DNA of 64,000 bases from Candidatus Binatia bacterium (GTDB lineage Bacteria > Desulfobacterota > Binatia > DP-6): positions 23,767 to 87,766 of the forward strand of contig DATGIZ010000025.1 in NCBI GenBank assembly GCA_035295465.1, read 5' to 3'. The position numbers and the translations under genes are program-made. Positions 36,611 to 45,886 of the stretch are shown here, piece by piece. Under the pieces are notes generated by a model. It did no database searches. It saw only the letters and a list, made by a program, of their open reading frames with translations, and was not told the origin of the DNA. Position 1 is the first letter of the stretch. Every line of letters begins with the position of its first letter.

Positions 36611-36639
36611 GGTATTACCAGGGCTCCACCAGTAATACC
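36611..36639. promoter_or_regulatory. inverted repeat immediately upstream of vapB (candidate autoregulatory operator)
   Basis: GGTATTAC (36611-36618) and GTAATACC (36632-36639), a perfect 8-bp inverted repeat in an AT-richer patch 7 nt from the vapB ATG. Confidence 0.4.
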
Positions 36640-36680
36640 AGCACCGATCGCGCTCGCACCCGCCGCCCGTCACGCGCCGA

Positions 36681-37820
36681 TCAGTGCGTCTCCCACGTCA
36701 CCTTGCGCTCGCCGCGAACGAGCGCGCGCAGCGCCAGCAGCGGGGCGAGGTTCACCAGGCAGAAGTAGAGCGGGATCGTGACCCCGCGCACGCGGATGCG
36801 GCGGCGCTCGAGCGCGTAGCCGGCGAGCGCGGTCGCGTAGAACGCGAGCTGCGCGCCGAGCAGCAGGCGGTAGAGCGGCCGGTCGAGCAGCGCCAAATTG
36901 GCGAGGAAGGCCGTGATCAGAAAGACCGGCACCGCCCAGCGGAGCAGGCGGTGCGAGAGGATCTCCCAGCAGAACCATGGATGGCGCAGCGGGTGGAAGA
37001 AATCGCGCAGGTACCACTTGCCGCGGAGGCTGCGCGCGATCACCCGCGCGCGGCGCTCGAGCTCCTCGCGGATGCCCCGCGACTCGGCCGGCTCGTAGAC
37101 GAGCGCCTCGTCGTCGACCACGGCGCGGTAGCCCTGCTGCACCACCTTCACGCACTGCACGACGTCGCTGATGAGGTCGGCGGGCAACGGGGTGTAGAGC
37201 CGGCGCCGCAGGGCGTAGACGCAGCCGGCGGCGCCGAGCACGGAATGGATCGCGCTCTCCTGGCGGCGGAGCACGCTCTCGTAGTTCCAGTAGGCGGCCC
37301 GGCCCCGGTCGGCGGTGGCGCCGGCCTCGAGGCCGTAGAGCACGTCGCCCGTGACGAGCCCGACGGTCGGGTCGGCGAAGTTGCGCACCAGCGCGCGCAG
37401 GCACTCGGGCCGGTACATGGTCGTGGCGTCGGAGAACACGAGGATCTCGCCGCGGGCCACCGCCGCGGCACGGTTCTGCCCCAAGGTCTTCCCCTGGCGC
37501 CCGCCGAGCGGCAGCAGCGTCACGCGCCCCGCGTAGCGCGTGCGTACGATCTCCTCGGTGGCGTCGGTCGAGCCGTCGGAGACCACGATCACCTCGAGCC
37601 GATCGGCCGGGTAGTCGAGGGCGAGCGTGTTGTCGAGCTTGGCGGCGATCGCCGCCTCCTCGTTGTAGGCGGCGATGACGAACGAGACCGTGGGCAGATG
37701 GGCGGCGTCGCGGTGCACCGGCCGCCCCCGCACGCGGGCGAGCAGGAGGACCAGCAGCGGGTAGCCGACGTAGACGTAGGCGACCATCGCCAGCGCGCCC
37801 CAGAACACCACTGCGGCCAT
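36681..37820 (-). CDS. glycosyltransferase family 2 (membrane-integrated, synthase-like)
   Basis: Trimmed to MAAVVFWGALAMVAYVYVGYP at 37820. VSFVIAAYNEE, VVSDGSTD and VFSDATT motifs with C-terminal TM helices. Confidence 0.85.
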   Translation of the reverse strand: MAAVVFWGALAMVAYVYVGYPLLVLLLARVRGRPVHRDAAHLPTVSFVIAAYNEEAAIAAKLDNTLALDYPADRLEVIVVSDGSTDATEEIVRTRYAGRVTLLPLGGRQGKTLGQNRAAAVARGEILVFSDATTMYRPECLRALVRNFADPTVGLVTGDVLYGLEAGATADRGRAAYWNYESVLRRQESAIHSVLGAAGCVYALRRRLYTPLPADLISDVVQCVKVVQQGYRAVVDDEALVYEPAESRGIREELERRARVIARSLRGKWYLRDFFHPLRHPWFCWEILSHRLLRWAVPVFLITAFLANLALLDRPLYRLLLGAQLAFYATALAGYALERRRIRVRGVTIPLYFCLVNLAPLLALRALVRGERKVTWETH

Positions 37821-37828
37821 GGTCCGGA

Positions 37829-38686
37829 TCAGGCGGCGAGGCCGAGCACGTCGCGCAGCGGCGCGAAGCGAAAGTCGCGCAGCAGGCGGCGGAGCTTCGC
37901 CTCGGTGCGGCCGAGCCCCACGTAGTGCGTGCTGAAGCCCCGGCGGCCGGCGGTGCGCAACCGCGGCTGCCCCGGGTCGACCTCCCACGGGTGGAGGTAG
38001 ACGACCGCGGCGGCCCCCTCGCGGCGGTTCACGCGGCGCATCCCCCAGCGCATGTAGCCGTAGGGGAGCATGCGGAGGTACCCGCCGCCGCCGAGCGGCA
38101 GGTTGCGGCCGAACGCCGGCGTCGTCGTGATCGGGAACTCGAGCAGCCGCCGGCCGTCGCGCTCGCGGATGACGTAGGGGTGCCGGCCGGCGCCGGGGAG
38201 CCCGTAGAGCGCGTCACGCACCGGGAAGACGCTCGAGTCGTAGCAGTAGCCGCCGTCGAGGAGCACGTCGAGCGCCCACAGCGACCGGGCCGTGATCGAG
38301 AAGCTCGGGGCCCGGTAGCCGAGCACCGGCGTGCCCGTGAGATCTTCGAGGATCCCCTTCGCGCGCACGACGTCGGCGCGGAACTCCTCGGGGCTCTGCT
38401 CGTAGATCAGCCGATGACCGTAGCCGTGGCTCGCCACCTCGTGGCCGGCGGCGGCGATGCGGCGGACGACCTCGGGGTGACGCTCGGCGTTCCAGGCGAG
38501 CACGAAGAACGTCCCCTTCACGGCCGCCTCGTCGAGCACCGCGAGCACGCGGTCGGTATTGCGCGCCAGGCGCGACTCGTAGCGGTCCCACGCCGCGCGC
38601 GGCACCACCGCGTCGAAGTCCGCCACCTGGTACCAGTCCTCCACGTCGACCGAGAAGGCGTTGAGCGGCGCGGCGGGGGCAGCCAT
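37829..38686 (-). CDS. polysaccharide deacetylase (DUF3473-containing, exosortase-locus type)
   Basis: NAFSVDVEDWYQ ... GTFFVLAWNAERHPEVVRRIAAAGHEVASHGYGH NodB-type motifs and a C-terminal extension as in PEP-CTERM-locus deacetylases. Confidence 0.85.
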   Translation of the reverse strand: MAAPAAPLNAFSVDVEDWYQVADFDAVVPRAAWDRYESRLARNTDRVLAVLDEAAVKGTFFVLAWNAERHPEVVRRIAAAGHEVASHGYGHRLIYEQSPEEFRADVVRAKGILEDLTGTPVLGYRAPSFSITARSLWALDVLLDGGYCYDSSVFPVRDALYGLPGAGRHPYVIRERDGRRLLEFPITTTPAFGRNLPLGGGGYLRMLPYGYMRWGMRRVNRREGAAAVVYLHPWEVDPGQPRLRTAGRRGFSTHYVGLGRTEAKLRRLLRDFRFAPLRDVLGLAA

Positions 38687-38735
38687 CGGGCTACGGCTAC
38701 CACCGGCCGCCCGCGCGAGACAAGCGACGCCGCGC

Positions 38736-38957
38736 CTATGGGCGGCTTCCGCGTGGGCGGCGGCCTGCGCCCGGCGGGAACACCGTGGCGACCGGCACGC
38801 CGAGCGCTCGGGCGAGCGCCAACGCGGTCGCCACCGTGGGCAGCGCGCGGCCGTTCTTGAGCTGGTTCAGGTGCGCGCGGTCCAGGCCGGCGCGCCGCGC
38901 CGCCTCGGCGTCGGTCCACCCGCGGGCGGCGAGCAGCGCCCCGAGCACGCTCGGCAT
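38736..38957 (-). CDS. XRE-family helix-turn-helix protein
   Basis: MPSVLGALLAARGWTDAEAARRAGLDRAHLNQLKNGRALPTVATALALARALGV. The ATG shares one base with the upstream stop (TGATG). Confidence 0.65.
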   Translation of the reverse strand: MPSVLGALLAARGWTDAEAARRAGLDRAHLNQLKNGRALPTVATALALARALGVPVATVFPPGAGRRPRGSRP

Positions 38958-39184
38958 CAGCGCCGCCTCGGCCGACCGAGCGTCCACACGGCCTCGAGCG
39001 GGAGACCGAGAGCGTCCGCCGCCCGCTGCGCGACCGCGAGCCGGGGGTTTGCTCGGGGCGCGCGCAGGCGTCGCAGCAGCGCGGGCGAGAGCAGCGTGCG
39101 TCGCCCGAGCTCGCCCCAGGTGATGGCGCGCTCGCGGAGCAGCCGCGGAAGGTGGTTGCAGAGCGCCGTGCGCGGCCGGGGCAT
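38957..39184 (-). CDS. XRE-family helix-turn-helix protein
   Basis: LPRLLRERAITWGELGRRTLLSPALLRRLRAPRANPRLAVAQRAADALGLPLEAVW has an HTH_XRE-like layout. Confidence 0.6.
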   Translation of the reverse strand: MPRPRTALCNHLPRLLRERAITWGELGRRTLLSPALLRRLRAPRANPRLAVAQRAADALGLPLEAVWTLGRPRRR

Positions 39185-39251
39185 GCGTGGGGCACGATGC
39201 GGCGCGGAATGCGACGACGCAAGCGAGGCGGCGTGCCTTCGACCGGAAGAC

Positions 39252-41438
39252 TCAGAAGCGCATCGAGTCGAGGAACTCGAGGTTGACGAAGCCGAGCACC
39301 GTGCAGGCGCCCGAGCCGGCGGGGACGTCGACCGCCACCGTCCCCTGCGCCTGGAGCGCGACCGGCAATCCCGGTTGCACCCCAGGGGGCCGCGAGCAAT
39401 CCGTGTTCGAGACGTAGGGCACGCCCGTGCCCGAGGTGAGGAAGCTCACCAGCAGCGTGCCGCCGCCGCCGGGGCTCGGCGCGAATGCGAACGAGCCTGC
39501 GTCGGTGTCGAGGAAGGTGCGGCCGAAGTTGTTCGGGACCTTAATGGTGGCGCACGGCGTGAGGTCGGCCAGGCTCGGCGCTCCCGTGGCGGCTTGCTGG
39601 GGCGAGATCTTGTAGACCGAGAGCAGGCCGACCGGCCCCGGGCACGCGTTCGGCGGCGCGGGATCCGTCGCGGTGACGTACAGGACGCTGCCGTCGGAGT
39701 GGACCTGGAAGAAGTCGGTGATGTCGGGCGAGAGCGGCAGCGCCGAGGGCCAGGCGCGGTAGACGCCCCCGCCCACGTCGAAGCCGCCGTCGAAGTCGGC
39801 GTACACGACCGGGCCGTTGCGGGTGGTCGCCACCTCGAGGTCGTTGGCCGGATCGAGGTCGTCGTTGCAGGGATCGAGCCCCTCGACCCCGTCGACCTGC
39901 CGCAGCAGCGTGGTGGCGGCGCCCGTGGTCCGGTTCACCGCGACCAGGTTCTCCTGCGCGCTGCGGAAGCAGCGCGCCGGCAGGTTCAGGTCGTGGTACT
40001 CGGAGAGGTAGATGCTGCCGCCGGGCGCGCGGTCGCAGGCGATCTGGGTCGTCGAGTCGGTGGTCCGGTAGAGGATGTCGGCGCCGGTGCGCGTCCCGTT
40101 CGGGGCGAGCGACAACGCGAGCACCCCCACGAGCAGGTTGGCGTTGGAGTTGTCGGTGAACACGCTGTCGGAGAGCAGGTAGAGGTTCTGGCCGTCGGTG
40201 CACAGGTCGACCGGGTCGAAGGTCGCGCCCTTCCCGGGCAGGCAGGTCTTGCTCGCGCAATCGCCGCCGACGATGCACGGATCGCCGGTCCCCTGGCAGA
40301 GGCCGACCGTGTTGTCGATCGCGAAGCGCCGGCCGTCGGGCGCGATGCCGAGCGGCGCGCCGAGAAAGCTCAGGTAGAAGAGGGTGTCCGCGGCGAGCGT
40401 GGGGCCGGTGGCGGGCGCGCCGCCGGCGAATCCGTGGGCGAGAGCCTCGACGACCGGCGCGTTGCGCGCCGAGGCGAGCGCCGTGATCGTCGCCGACTGG
40501 TGCCCGGCCGCGCCGGGCGCGAAGGTGACCGTCACCGTCTGCTGCTGGCCCGGGTCGAGGCTGAACGCGGCGGGGGATACGGTGAAGGCGGCGGCGCTGG
40601 TCGCGAGCTGCACCTTGAGCTGCGAGGTCGCGGTGGTGTCGGGGTTGCTCACGACGAAGGGCCGGGTGGCCGACGTGCCCGGGGCGACCGCGCCGAACTC
40701 GAGCGTCTGGGGGGCGGCGGTCGCGAGCACGCCCGGGGTGCGACCCGGATCCGTCGTCAGCGCGGCCATCAGCGTCGTGCTGTCGGGCGCCGAAAAGAGG
40801 ACGCCGTCGCTCACGGTGAGGGTCACGACCACGTTCGGCGTGCCGGCGGCGTAGACGTGCGTCGGGGTCGGGTCGGTCGACGTGGCGCCGTCGCCGAAGT
40901 CCCAGTGGTACGTGAGCGTGTCCGCGTCGGGATCGGTGCTGCGCGAGCCGTCGAAGGAGATGGGAATCCCGGGAAGGACCAGGGTGCTGCCCGCGAGCAG
41001 GTGGGCGACCGGGGCCCGGTCGGGCGCATCGAAGGCGTGGAAGCGCAGCCGGTCGATGTCGCGCAGCGGCCGGCCCTTGCCCGTCGCCCGGGCTTGCACC
41101 ACCAGCCGCAGCCGGTTGGCGCGGCGGCCGACGTGCAGCACCGACCGATCGATCTCGGCGCGCATGCCGATGACGGCGCCGGAGGCGTCCGTCTCGCGCG
41201 TGAAGAGCGGGGTGATGTCGTGCCGCCCGATGCTGGCGCGGAACGTCGTCGGGTCGGCGGGCACCTTGCCGGCGGAGCCGAAGCGCACGACGACGTTGAC
41301 GAACGGATGCGCGGCGGCGCTGCTGCGGTTCGCGGGCGTGACTACCCGCAAAAGCTGGTTCACCCGCTGGCGCTTGGCGCGCGCGGCCGGGGAGAGCGCC
41401 GCCACGACCAGCAGCGCGAAAACGAGCGTCCGGCGCAT
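39252..41438 (-). CDS. secreted multidomain protein (PKD domain, PapD-like/choice-of-anchor-D-like domain, C-terminal Cys-containing beta-rich region)
   Basis: Signal peptide MRRTLVFALLVVAALSPAARA. The PKD motif is ISFDGSRSTDPDADTLTYHWDFGDG. LEFGAVAPGTSATRPFVVSN ... TVTVTFAP is typical of HYDIN/choice-of-anchor-D repeats. Confidence 0.8.
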   Translation of the reverse strand: MRRTLVFALLVVAALSPAARAKRQRVNQLLRVVTPANRSSAAAHPFVNVVVRFGSAGKVPADPTTFRASIGRHDITPLFTRETDASGAVIGMRAEIDRSVLHVGRRANRLRLVVQARATGKGRPLRDIDRLRFHAFDAPDRAPVAHLLAGSTLVLPGIPISFDGSRSTDPDADTLTYHWDFGDGATSTDPTPTHVYAAGTPNVVVTLTVSDGVLFSAPDSTTLMAALTTDPGRTPGVLATAAPQTLEFGAVAPGTSATRPFVVSNPDTTATSQLKVQLATSAAAFTVSPAAFSLDPGQQQTVTVTFAPGAAGHQSATITALASARNAPVVEALAHGFAGGAPATGPTLAADTLFYLSFLGAPLGIAPDGRRFAIDNTVGLCQGTGDPCIVGGDCASKTCLPGKGATFDPVDLCTDGQNLYLLSDSVFTDNSNANLLVGVLALSLAPNGTRTGADILYRTTDSTTQIACDRAPGGSIYLSEYHDLNLPARCFRSAQENLVAVNRTTGAATTLLRQVDGVEGLDPCNDDLDPANDLEVATTRNGPVVYADFDGGFDVGGGVYRAWPSALPLSPDITDFFQVHSDGSVLYVTATDPAPPNACPGPVGLLSVYKISPQQAATGAPSLADLTPCATIKVPNNFGRTFLDTDAGSFAFAPSPGGGGTLLVSFLTSGTGVPYVSNTDCSRPPGVQPGLPVALQAQGTVAVDVPAGSGACTVLGFVNLEFLDSMRF

Positions 41439-41486
41439 CCGCGCCGGAGACTACGGCGGGCCCCCGGGCGGCGCAACCGGAAAACG

Positions 41487-42701
41487 TCAGCCGCAGGGGC
41501 CCGACAGCACGGCGATTGCCACGTCGTTCGGGAAGGAGCCGGTCTGCTGGTTGGTCGCGCTGAAGGGGCTCGACGACGCGAGCGCCCCGGTCTTGCGGCT
41601 CAGCGGATAGGCGCGCACCTCGTCGAACAGCCCCGTCGCGACGTAGAGGACGGTGTCGCTCGCGGTCATGCGCACGGGGCTCAGGCGCAGGTCGTCGGGC
41701 GTGGCGAGGGACACGACGCGCCGCAACCGCCCGTCGGCCTTGAGCCGGTAGGCGTCGATCCTGCCCTTGCCGAAGACCGAGCCGAACGCCGCCGAGCGGT
41801 GGACGAGGATGCTGAGATAGGACGCGTGCGGCGCGGTCCGGCTGGTGGGCTTGACGCGCTTGAAGCAAGCGTCCGACCCCGGGTTCTCCGCGCACTTCTT
41901 GCCGATCTTGGTCTTCGGCACCAGCGGGAACGTGCCGTCGGGCGCGATCGCGTAGGTGCCGAGCTGGCGCGCGAACTCGAGGTCGGCGTAGAGGATGCTC
42001 GCGTCGGGCGAGAGCGCGATCACGCGCGCGCCCCCCGGGATGACCCGCCGGCAGACCTTCGGCACCTTGCCGTTCACCTCGGCGCAGTCGATGGTCCCGT
42101 TGCTGGTCGTGATGTTCCCGCTGGCGTCGAGGAAGAAGACGTCCACCCAGATGTTCGTGAGCTGGTCGTCGCTGCTCACGTAGAGGCGCCCGGGGGTGAA
42201 GGCCATGCCCTCGAGCAGCGCCGCCGCCGACTCCTTCACGATGCTCGGGGAGCTCTGCCCGGGGACGAGCACGCCGGTCGCCGGGTCGAGCGGGAAGGCG
42301 ATGATGCGCTTCTTGCCCGGCGTGTTGTCGGGGACGTAGAGCCGGTTCTGCTCCGACCAGACCGCCACGTCCCGGGGATCCGTGACGAACTTGAAGACCG
42401 CGGGGCCGAGCGAGCCGTCGGCGTGGATGGGGAAGGACTCGACGCGGTCCGCCTCGGCGACGTAGAGCGCGCGTGCCGTGCCGTCGGGAGCGGTGCCGAC
42501 GATGACCCGCCGCAGGTCGCCCCCCGAGGTGGGCGCCTGGACCGCAGGCGCCGGCACGAGCGAGCCGTCGGGGTTGATGCAGAACCCGTCGATGCGGCTC
42601 TGCGAGGACTCGGTGACGTAGAGGATCCGCCCCGCGCGGGCCGGGACGGCGGCGACCGCCGCCGCGGCGAGCGCGACGAGGACCCGGAGGACACGCAGCA
42701 T
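41487..42701 (-). CDS. secreted beta-propeller protein (lactonase-like repeats)
   Basis: Signal peptide MLRVLRVLVALAAAAVAAVPARA. Repeated xPDGSL / LYV strands (INPDGSLVP, IHADGSLGP, IAPDGTFP, LKADGRL). Confidence 0.75.
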   Translation of the reverse strand: MLRVLRVLVALAAAAVAAVPARAGRILYVTESSQSRIDGFCINPDGSLVPAPAVQAPTSGGDLRRVIVGTAPDGTARALYVAEADRVESFPIHADGSLGPAVFKFVTDPRDVAVWSEQNRLYVPDNTPGKKRIIAFPLDPATGVLVPGQSSPSIVKESAAALLEGMAFTPGRLYVSSDDQLTNIWVDVFFLDASGNITTSNGTIDCAEVNGKVPKVCRRVIPGGARVIALSPDASILYADLEFARQLGTYAIAPDGTFPLVPKTKIGKKCAENPGSDACFKRVKPTSRTAPHASYLSILVHRSAAFGSVFGKGRIDAYRLKADGRLRRVVSLATPDDLRLSPVRMTASDTVLYVATGLFDEVRAYPLSRKTGALASSSPFSATNQQTGSFPNDVAIAVLSGPCG

Positions 42702-42772
42702 ACGGCGGCCCGTTATAGCAACCCGCGACGCGATTGCGAGGGGGCGCGCCGGCGCGCATAATCCGCGCCTCG

Positions 42773-43564
42773 ATGTCCGCCCCTCTAGTCGTCACCCGGC
42801 GCGAGGACGCGCTCCTCTACGTCGGGATCAATCGCCCCGAGAAGCGCAACGCCCTCCACCGCGGCGTGCTCGACGCGCTCGTCGCCGCGGTGGCCGCCGC
42901 CGAGGGCGACCCCGCGGTGCGTGCGATCGTGGTCTACGGCGAAGGCCCGGTGTTCTCCGCGGGCGTCGACTTCACCGCGCTCGCGGGCGACGTGGGCGGC
43001 GAGACGCGCGAGCCGTTTCGCACGGTGATCGCGGGCCTTCAGGGGGCGATCTCGCGTCTCGAGGCGATCGAGAAGCCGGTGATCGGCGCGCTCCATCGCT
43101 ACGTGCCCGGCCTCGGTCTCGAGCTGGCGCTCGCGTTCGATTGTCGCGTCGCCACCGCCGACTGCGAGCTCGGCCTCCCCGAGGTGCGGCTCGGGCTCGT
43201 GCCCGACGTCGGCGGCACGACGCGGCTCGTGCGCACCGTCGGCTACGCGAAGGCGAAGGAGCTGATCCTCACCGGGCGGATGATCCCGGCGGACGAGGCG
43301 CGGGCGATCGGGCTGGTCAACGCGGTCGTGCCGCCCGGCGAGCACCTCGCCGCCGCGACGCGGCTCGCGCAGGAGATCGCGGCCAACGCGCCGCTCGCGG
43401 TCGGGCTCGCCAAGCGCCTCGTCGACCTCGGCTCCAACGTCGACACGCACACCTTCCTTCAGCTCGAGCAGCTCACCCAGAGCCTCCTGCTCTCGACCGA
43501 GGACGCGAAGGAGGGCGTGCGGGCGGCGGCGGAGCGGCGCCCACCCCGCTTCCAAGGGCGCTGA
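42773..43564 (+). CDS. enoyl-CoA hydratase/isomerase family protein
   Basis: LYVGINRPEKRNAL ... FSAGVD ... crotonase motifs. Start taken at MSAPLVV. Confidence 0.9.
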   Translation: MSAPLVVTRREDALLYVGINRPEKRNALHRGVLDALVAAVAAAEGDPAVRAIVVYGEGPVFSAGVDFTALAGDVGGETREPFRTVIAGLQGAISRLEAIEKPVIGALHRYVPGLGLELALAFDCRVATADCELGLPEVRLGLVPDVGGTTRLVRTVGYAKAKELILTGRMIPADEARAIGLVNAVVPPGEHLAAATRLAQEIAANAPLAVGLAKRLVDLGSNVDTHTFLQLEQLTQSLLLSTEDAKEGVRAAAERRPPRFQGR

Positions 43565-43574
43565 CGGCGCCGCC

Positions 43575-44111
43575 GTGCGGCCCTGGAACGTGCTCGCCAC
43601 CGCCCTCGAGGGCCGGCGCGCCGCGCTGCTGGCTGCGCTGCGCCCGCTCGGCGCCTTCGGCGGAGGCGGCTATCGCAACGTGCTCGTCGGCCTCGTGCCC
43701 GACACCGCGGCGTTCCTCGAACGCGTGCGCGACGCGCTCGCCGCCGATCGCCTGCTGCCCACGGCGCTCGCCCGGATCGTGCCGGTCGAGCTGCACGTGG
43801 AGTTCGATCCCGCCGATCCGGGCGCGGCGCTCGCGGCGGCCGCGGAGCCGCTGCTCGATCGGCTCGGCGCGGGCACCTTCTACGTGCGTGTCGAGCGCCG
43901 CGGCCTCAAGGGGATCGTCGACTCCGCCGCCCTCGAACGCGACCTCGGCACGCGGCTCTGGCGCGCGCTCGAGGGGCGTGGGCGCACGCCGCGCGTCAGC
44001 TTCCGCGACCCCGACCACGTGCTCGTGGTCGAGACCCTCGGCCGGCACGCCGGCCTCGCGCTGCTCTCACGCGCGCTGCGCGCGCAGTACCCGTTCGTGC
44101 GGGTGCCCTGA
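43575..44111 (+). CDS. stand-alone THUMP-domain-like protein
   Basis: GTG start. FYVRVERRGLKG ... VSFRDPDHVLVVETLGRHAGLAL resembles the C-terminal THUMP strand pattern. Confidence 0.55.
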   Translation: MRPWNVLATALEGRRAALLAALRPLGAFGGGGYRNVLVGLVPDTAAFLERVRDALAADRLLPTALARIVPVELHVEFDPADPGAALAAAAEPLLDRLGAGTFYVRVERRGLKGIVDSAALERDLGTRLWRALEGRGRTPRVSFRDPDHVLVVETLGRHAGLALLSRALRAQYPFVRVP

Positions 44112-44126
44112 CGACGCGCGTCGCGG

Positions 44127-45878
44127 TCACCCGCCGACCTCGGTCGAGCCGAGGAGGTTGCCGCCGAGGCGGGGATGGCCGACGCGGGCGTCGCCGATCA
44201 CGTTGACGACCGCGGGCTTGCCCGCGGCGAAGGCGCGCTCGAGCGCGGGGCGGATCTCCTCCGGGCGGGTGACGTGCTCGCCGTGGCATCCGATGGCCTC
44301 GAACATGCGGTCGTAGCGGAGGCCCGGCAGCATGTCGAAAGGATCGACGCGCCCGCGGAGCATCGGCATCTGCTCGAAGCTCGGTCCCCACGAGCCGTTG
44401 TTCCAGAGCAGCGTGACGATCGGCAGCCGGTGCTTGAGCGCGGTCTCCAGCTCCATGCCGCCGATGCCGAAGCCCCCGTCGCCGATGACCACGACCACCT
44501 GCCGGCCGGGCCGCGCGAGCTGCACGCCGACGCCCATGCCGATGCCGTGTCCGACGGGCGCGAGCGGGCCGGCGTCGACCACCTGCCCCGGGAACCGCGC
44601 CACGAGCCACTGCGAGAGCCAGCCCGAGAGCGTGAAGCTGTCGACGATCACCGTGGCGTCGGCTGCCATGGTCTCGACGAGCGCGCGGACGACGGGCGCG
44701 GGGTGGATGGGCACCGCGGTGCGCGCCTCCGCCTCCTGCGCGCGGAGCCGCTCCTCGAAGCGCGTCCGCGCCTCGGCGATCTCGGCGAGCCAGGCGCCCT
44801 GGCGCCGGCGCGCGCCGTCGATCCCGCGCTCCGCGGCGCGCCGCACGAGCTGCGCGAGCACCAGCTTCGGGTCGCCCAGCACGGGAACGGCCGCGTCGAC
44901 GTGCCAGCCGATGCGCGCGGGCGTCGCGTCCACCTGGATCACGGTCGCGTCGGCGTTCCACGTGGGCGGCTGGCCGAAGTGCTCGCCGCTCCAGAACTTG
45001 AAGCCGACCGCGAGCACGACGTCGGCGCGGCTGGTGAACGGCTTCTTCCACGCGCCCCGGACCGCGAGCGGGTCGTCCTCGGGGAGCGCGCCCTGCGCGG
45101 CGCGCCGCGTGTAGACGGGGATCGCCAGCGCCGCGGCGAGCGCGCGCAGCTCGGCACCCGCGTCCGACCAGAAGACCCCGTCGCCGGCGACGACGAGCGG
45201 CCGCTCGGCGCGCGCGAGCGCCTCGAGCGCGCGGTCGATGGCCGCCGGATCGCCGGCGCTGCGCAGCATCTCGGGGGGATAGACGCGCGCGCCCGGCCGC
45301 TGCCGGGCGGCGTCGTCCTGGTGGTAGAGGACGTTGGTGGGGATCTCGACCAGGGCCGGTCCCGGCGGCGGCGCCGTCGCCTCGCGGAAGGCCATGCGGA
45401 CGTCGAGGCCGATCGTCGACCAGTCGAGCACGCGCTTGGTGAGCTTCGAGAACGTCCGGCAGATCTCCGAGCCGTAGGCCTCCTGGAAGGAGCCGAGCTG
45501 ATCCTCCGTGGTCGGATGCTGGCCGGCGAGGCACACGACGGGGCTCCCGGTGAGGCCGGCGACGCAGAGCCCGGTCACCGCGTTGGTGAGGCCGCATCCG
45601 GCGGTGACCGCGAGCACCCCGGGACGCCCGCTCGCGCGCGCGTAGGCGTCGGCGGCGTAGGCGCACGACTGCTCGTGGCGCATGTGGATCATGCGAATGC
45701 CGTGCTCGCGCAGGTGGCTCAGGATGGGCCAGATGTGACCGCCGTTGACCGTGAAGAGGTGACGCACGCCCTCGGCGGCCAGCACGCGCCCGATCAGCGC
45801 CCCGCCGTCGACGCGCCCGGCGTCGGCGCCGGGCGAGGGCCGGCCGAGCGCATCGCCCATCGCGCGGGTGCCTTCCAT
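44127..45878 (-). CDS. thiamine-pyrophosphate-dependent enzyme (acetolactate synthase large subunit-like)
   Basis: HEQSCAYAADAYAR and GCGLTNAVTG N-terminal TPP motifs, and the GDGGFG TPP-binding motif near the C-terminus. Confidence 0.9.
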   Translation of the reverse strand: MEGTRAMGDALGRPSPGADAGRVDGGALIGRVLAAEGVRHLFTVNGGHIWPILSHLREHGIRMIHMRHEQSCAYAADAYARASGRPGVLAVTAGCGLTNAVTGLCVAGLTGSPVVCLAGQHPTTEDQLGSFQEAYGSEICRTFSKLTKRVLDWSTIGLDVRMAFREATAPPPGPALVEIPTNVLYHQDDAARQRPGARVYPPEMLRSAGDPAAIDRALEALARAERPLVVAGDGVFWSDAGAELRALAAALAIPVYTRRAAQGALPEDDPLAVRGAWKKPFTSRADVVLAVGFKFWSGEHFGQPPTWNADATVIQVDATPARIGWHVDAAVPVLGDPKLVLAQLVRRAAERGIDGARRRQGAWLAEIAEARTRFEERLRAQEAEARTAVPIHPAPVVRALVETMAADATVIVDSFTLSGWLSQWLVARFPGQVVDAGPLAPVGHGIGMGVGVQLARPGRQVVVVIGDGGFGIGGMELETALKHRLPIVTLLWNNGSWGPSFEQMPMLRGRVDPFDMLPGLRYDRMFEAIGCHGEHVTRPEEIRPALERAFAAGKPAVVNVIGDARVGHPRLGGNLLGSTEVGG

Positions 45879-45886
45879 CGCCTCGC

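Noticed and set aside
36681-42701. Exosortase/PEP-CTERM system, suggested by the DUF3473-type deacetylase and the EPS gene set
   Set aside because: No exosortase gene is present in the window. None of the secreted proteins ends in a PEP-motif/TM/Arg-rich tail or a MYXO-CTERM-like tail, so the window alone cannot support the call.
38661-42795. 1366-aa plus-strand and 1084-aa minus-strand ORFs over the secreted-protein genes
   Set aside because: Same shadow-frame signature (poly-R/G/A/D/E, no motifs). The alternative frames contain signal peptides, a PKD motif and repeated propeller strands.
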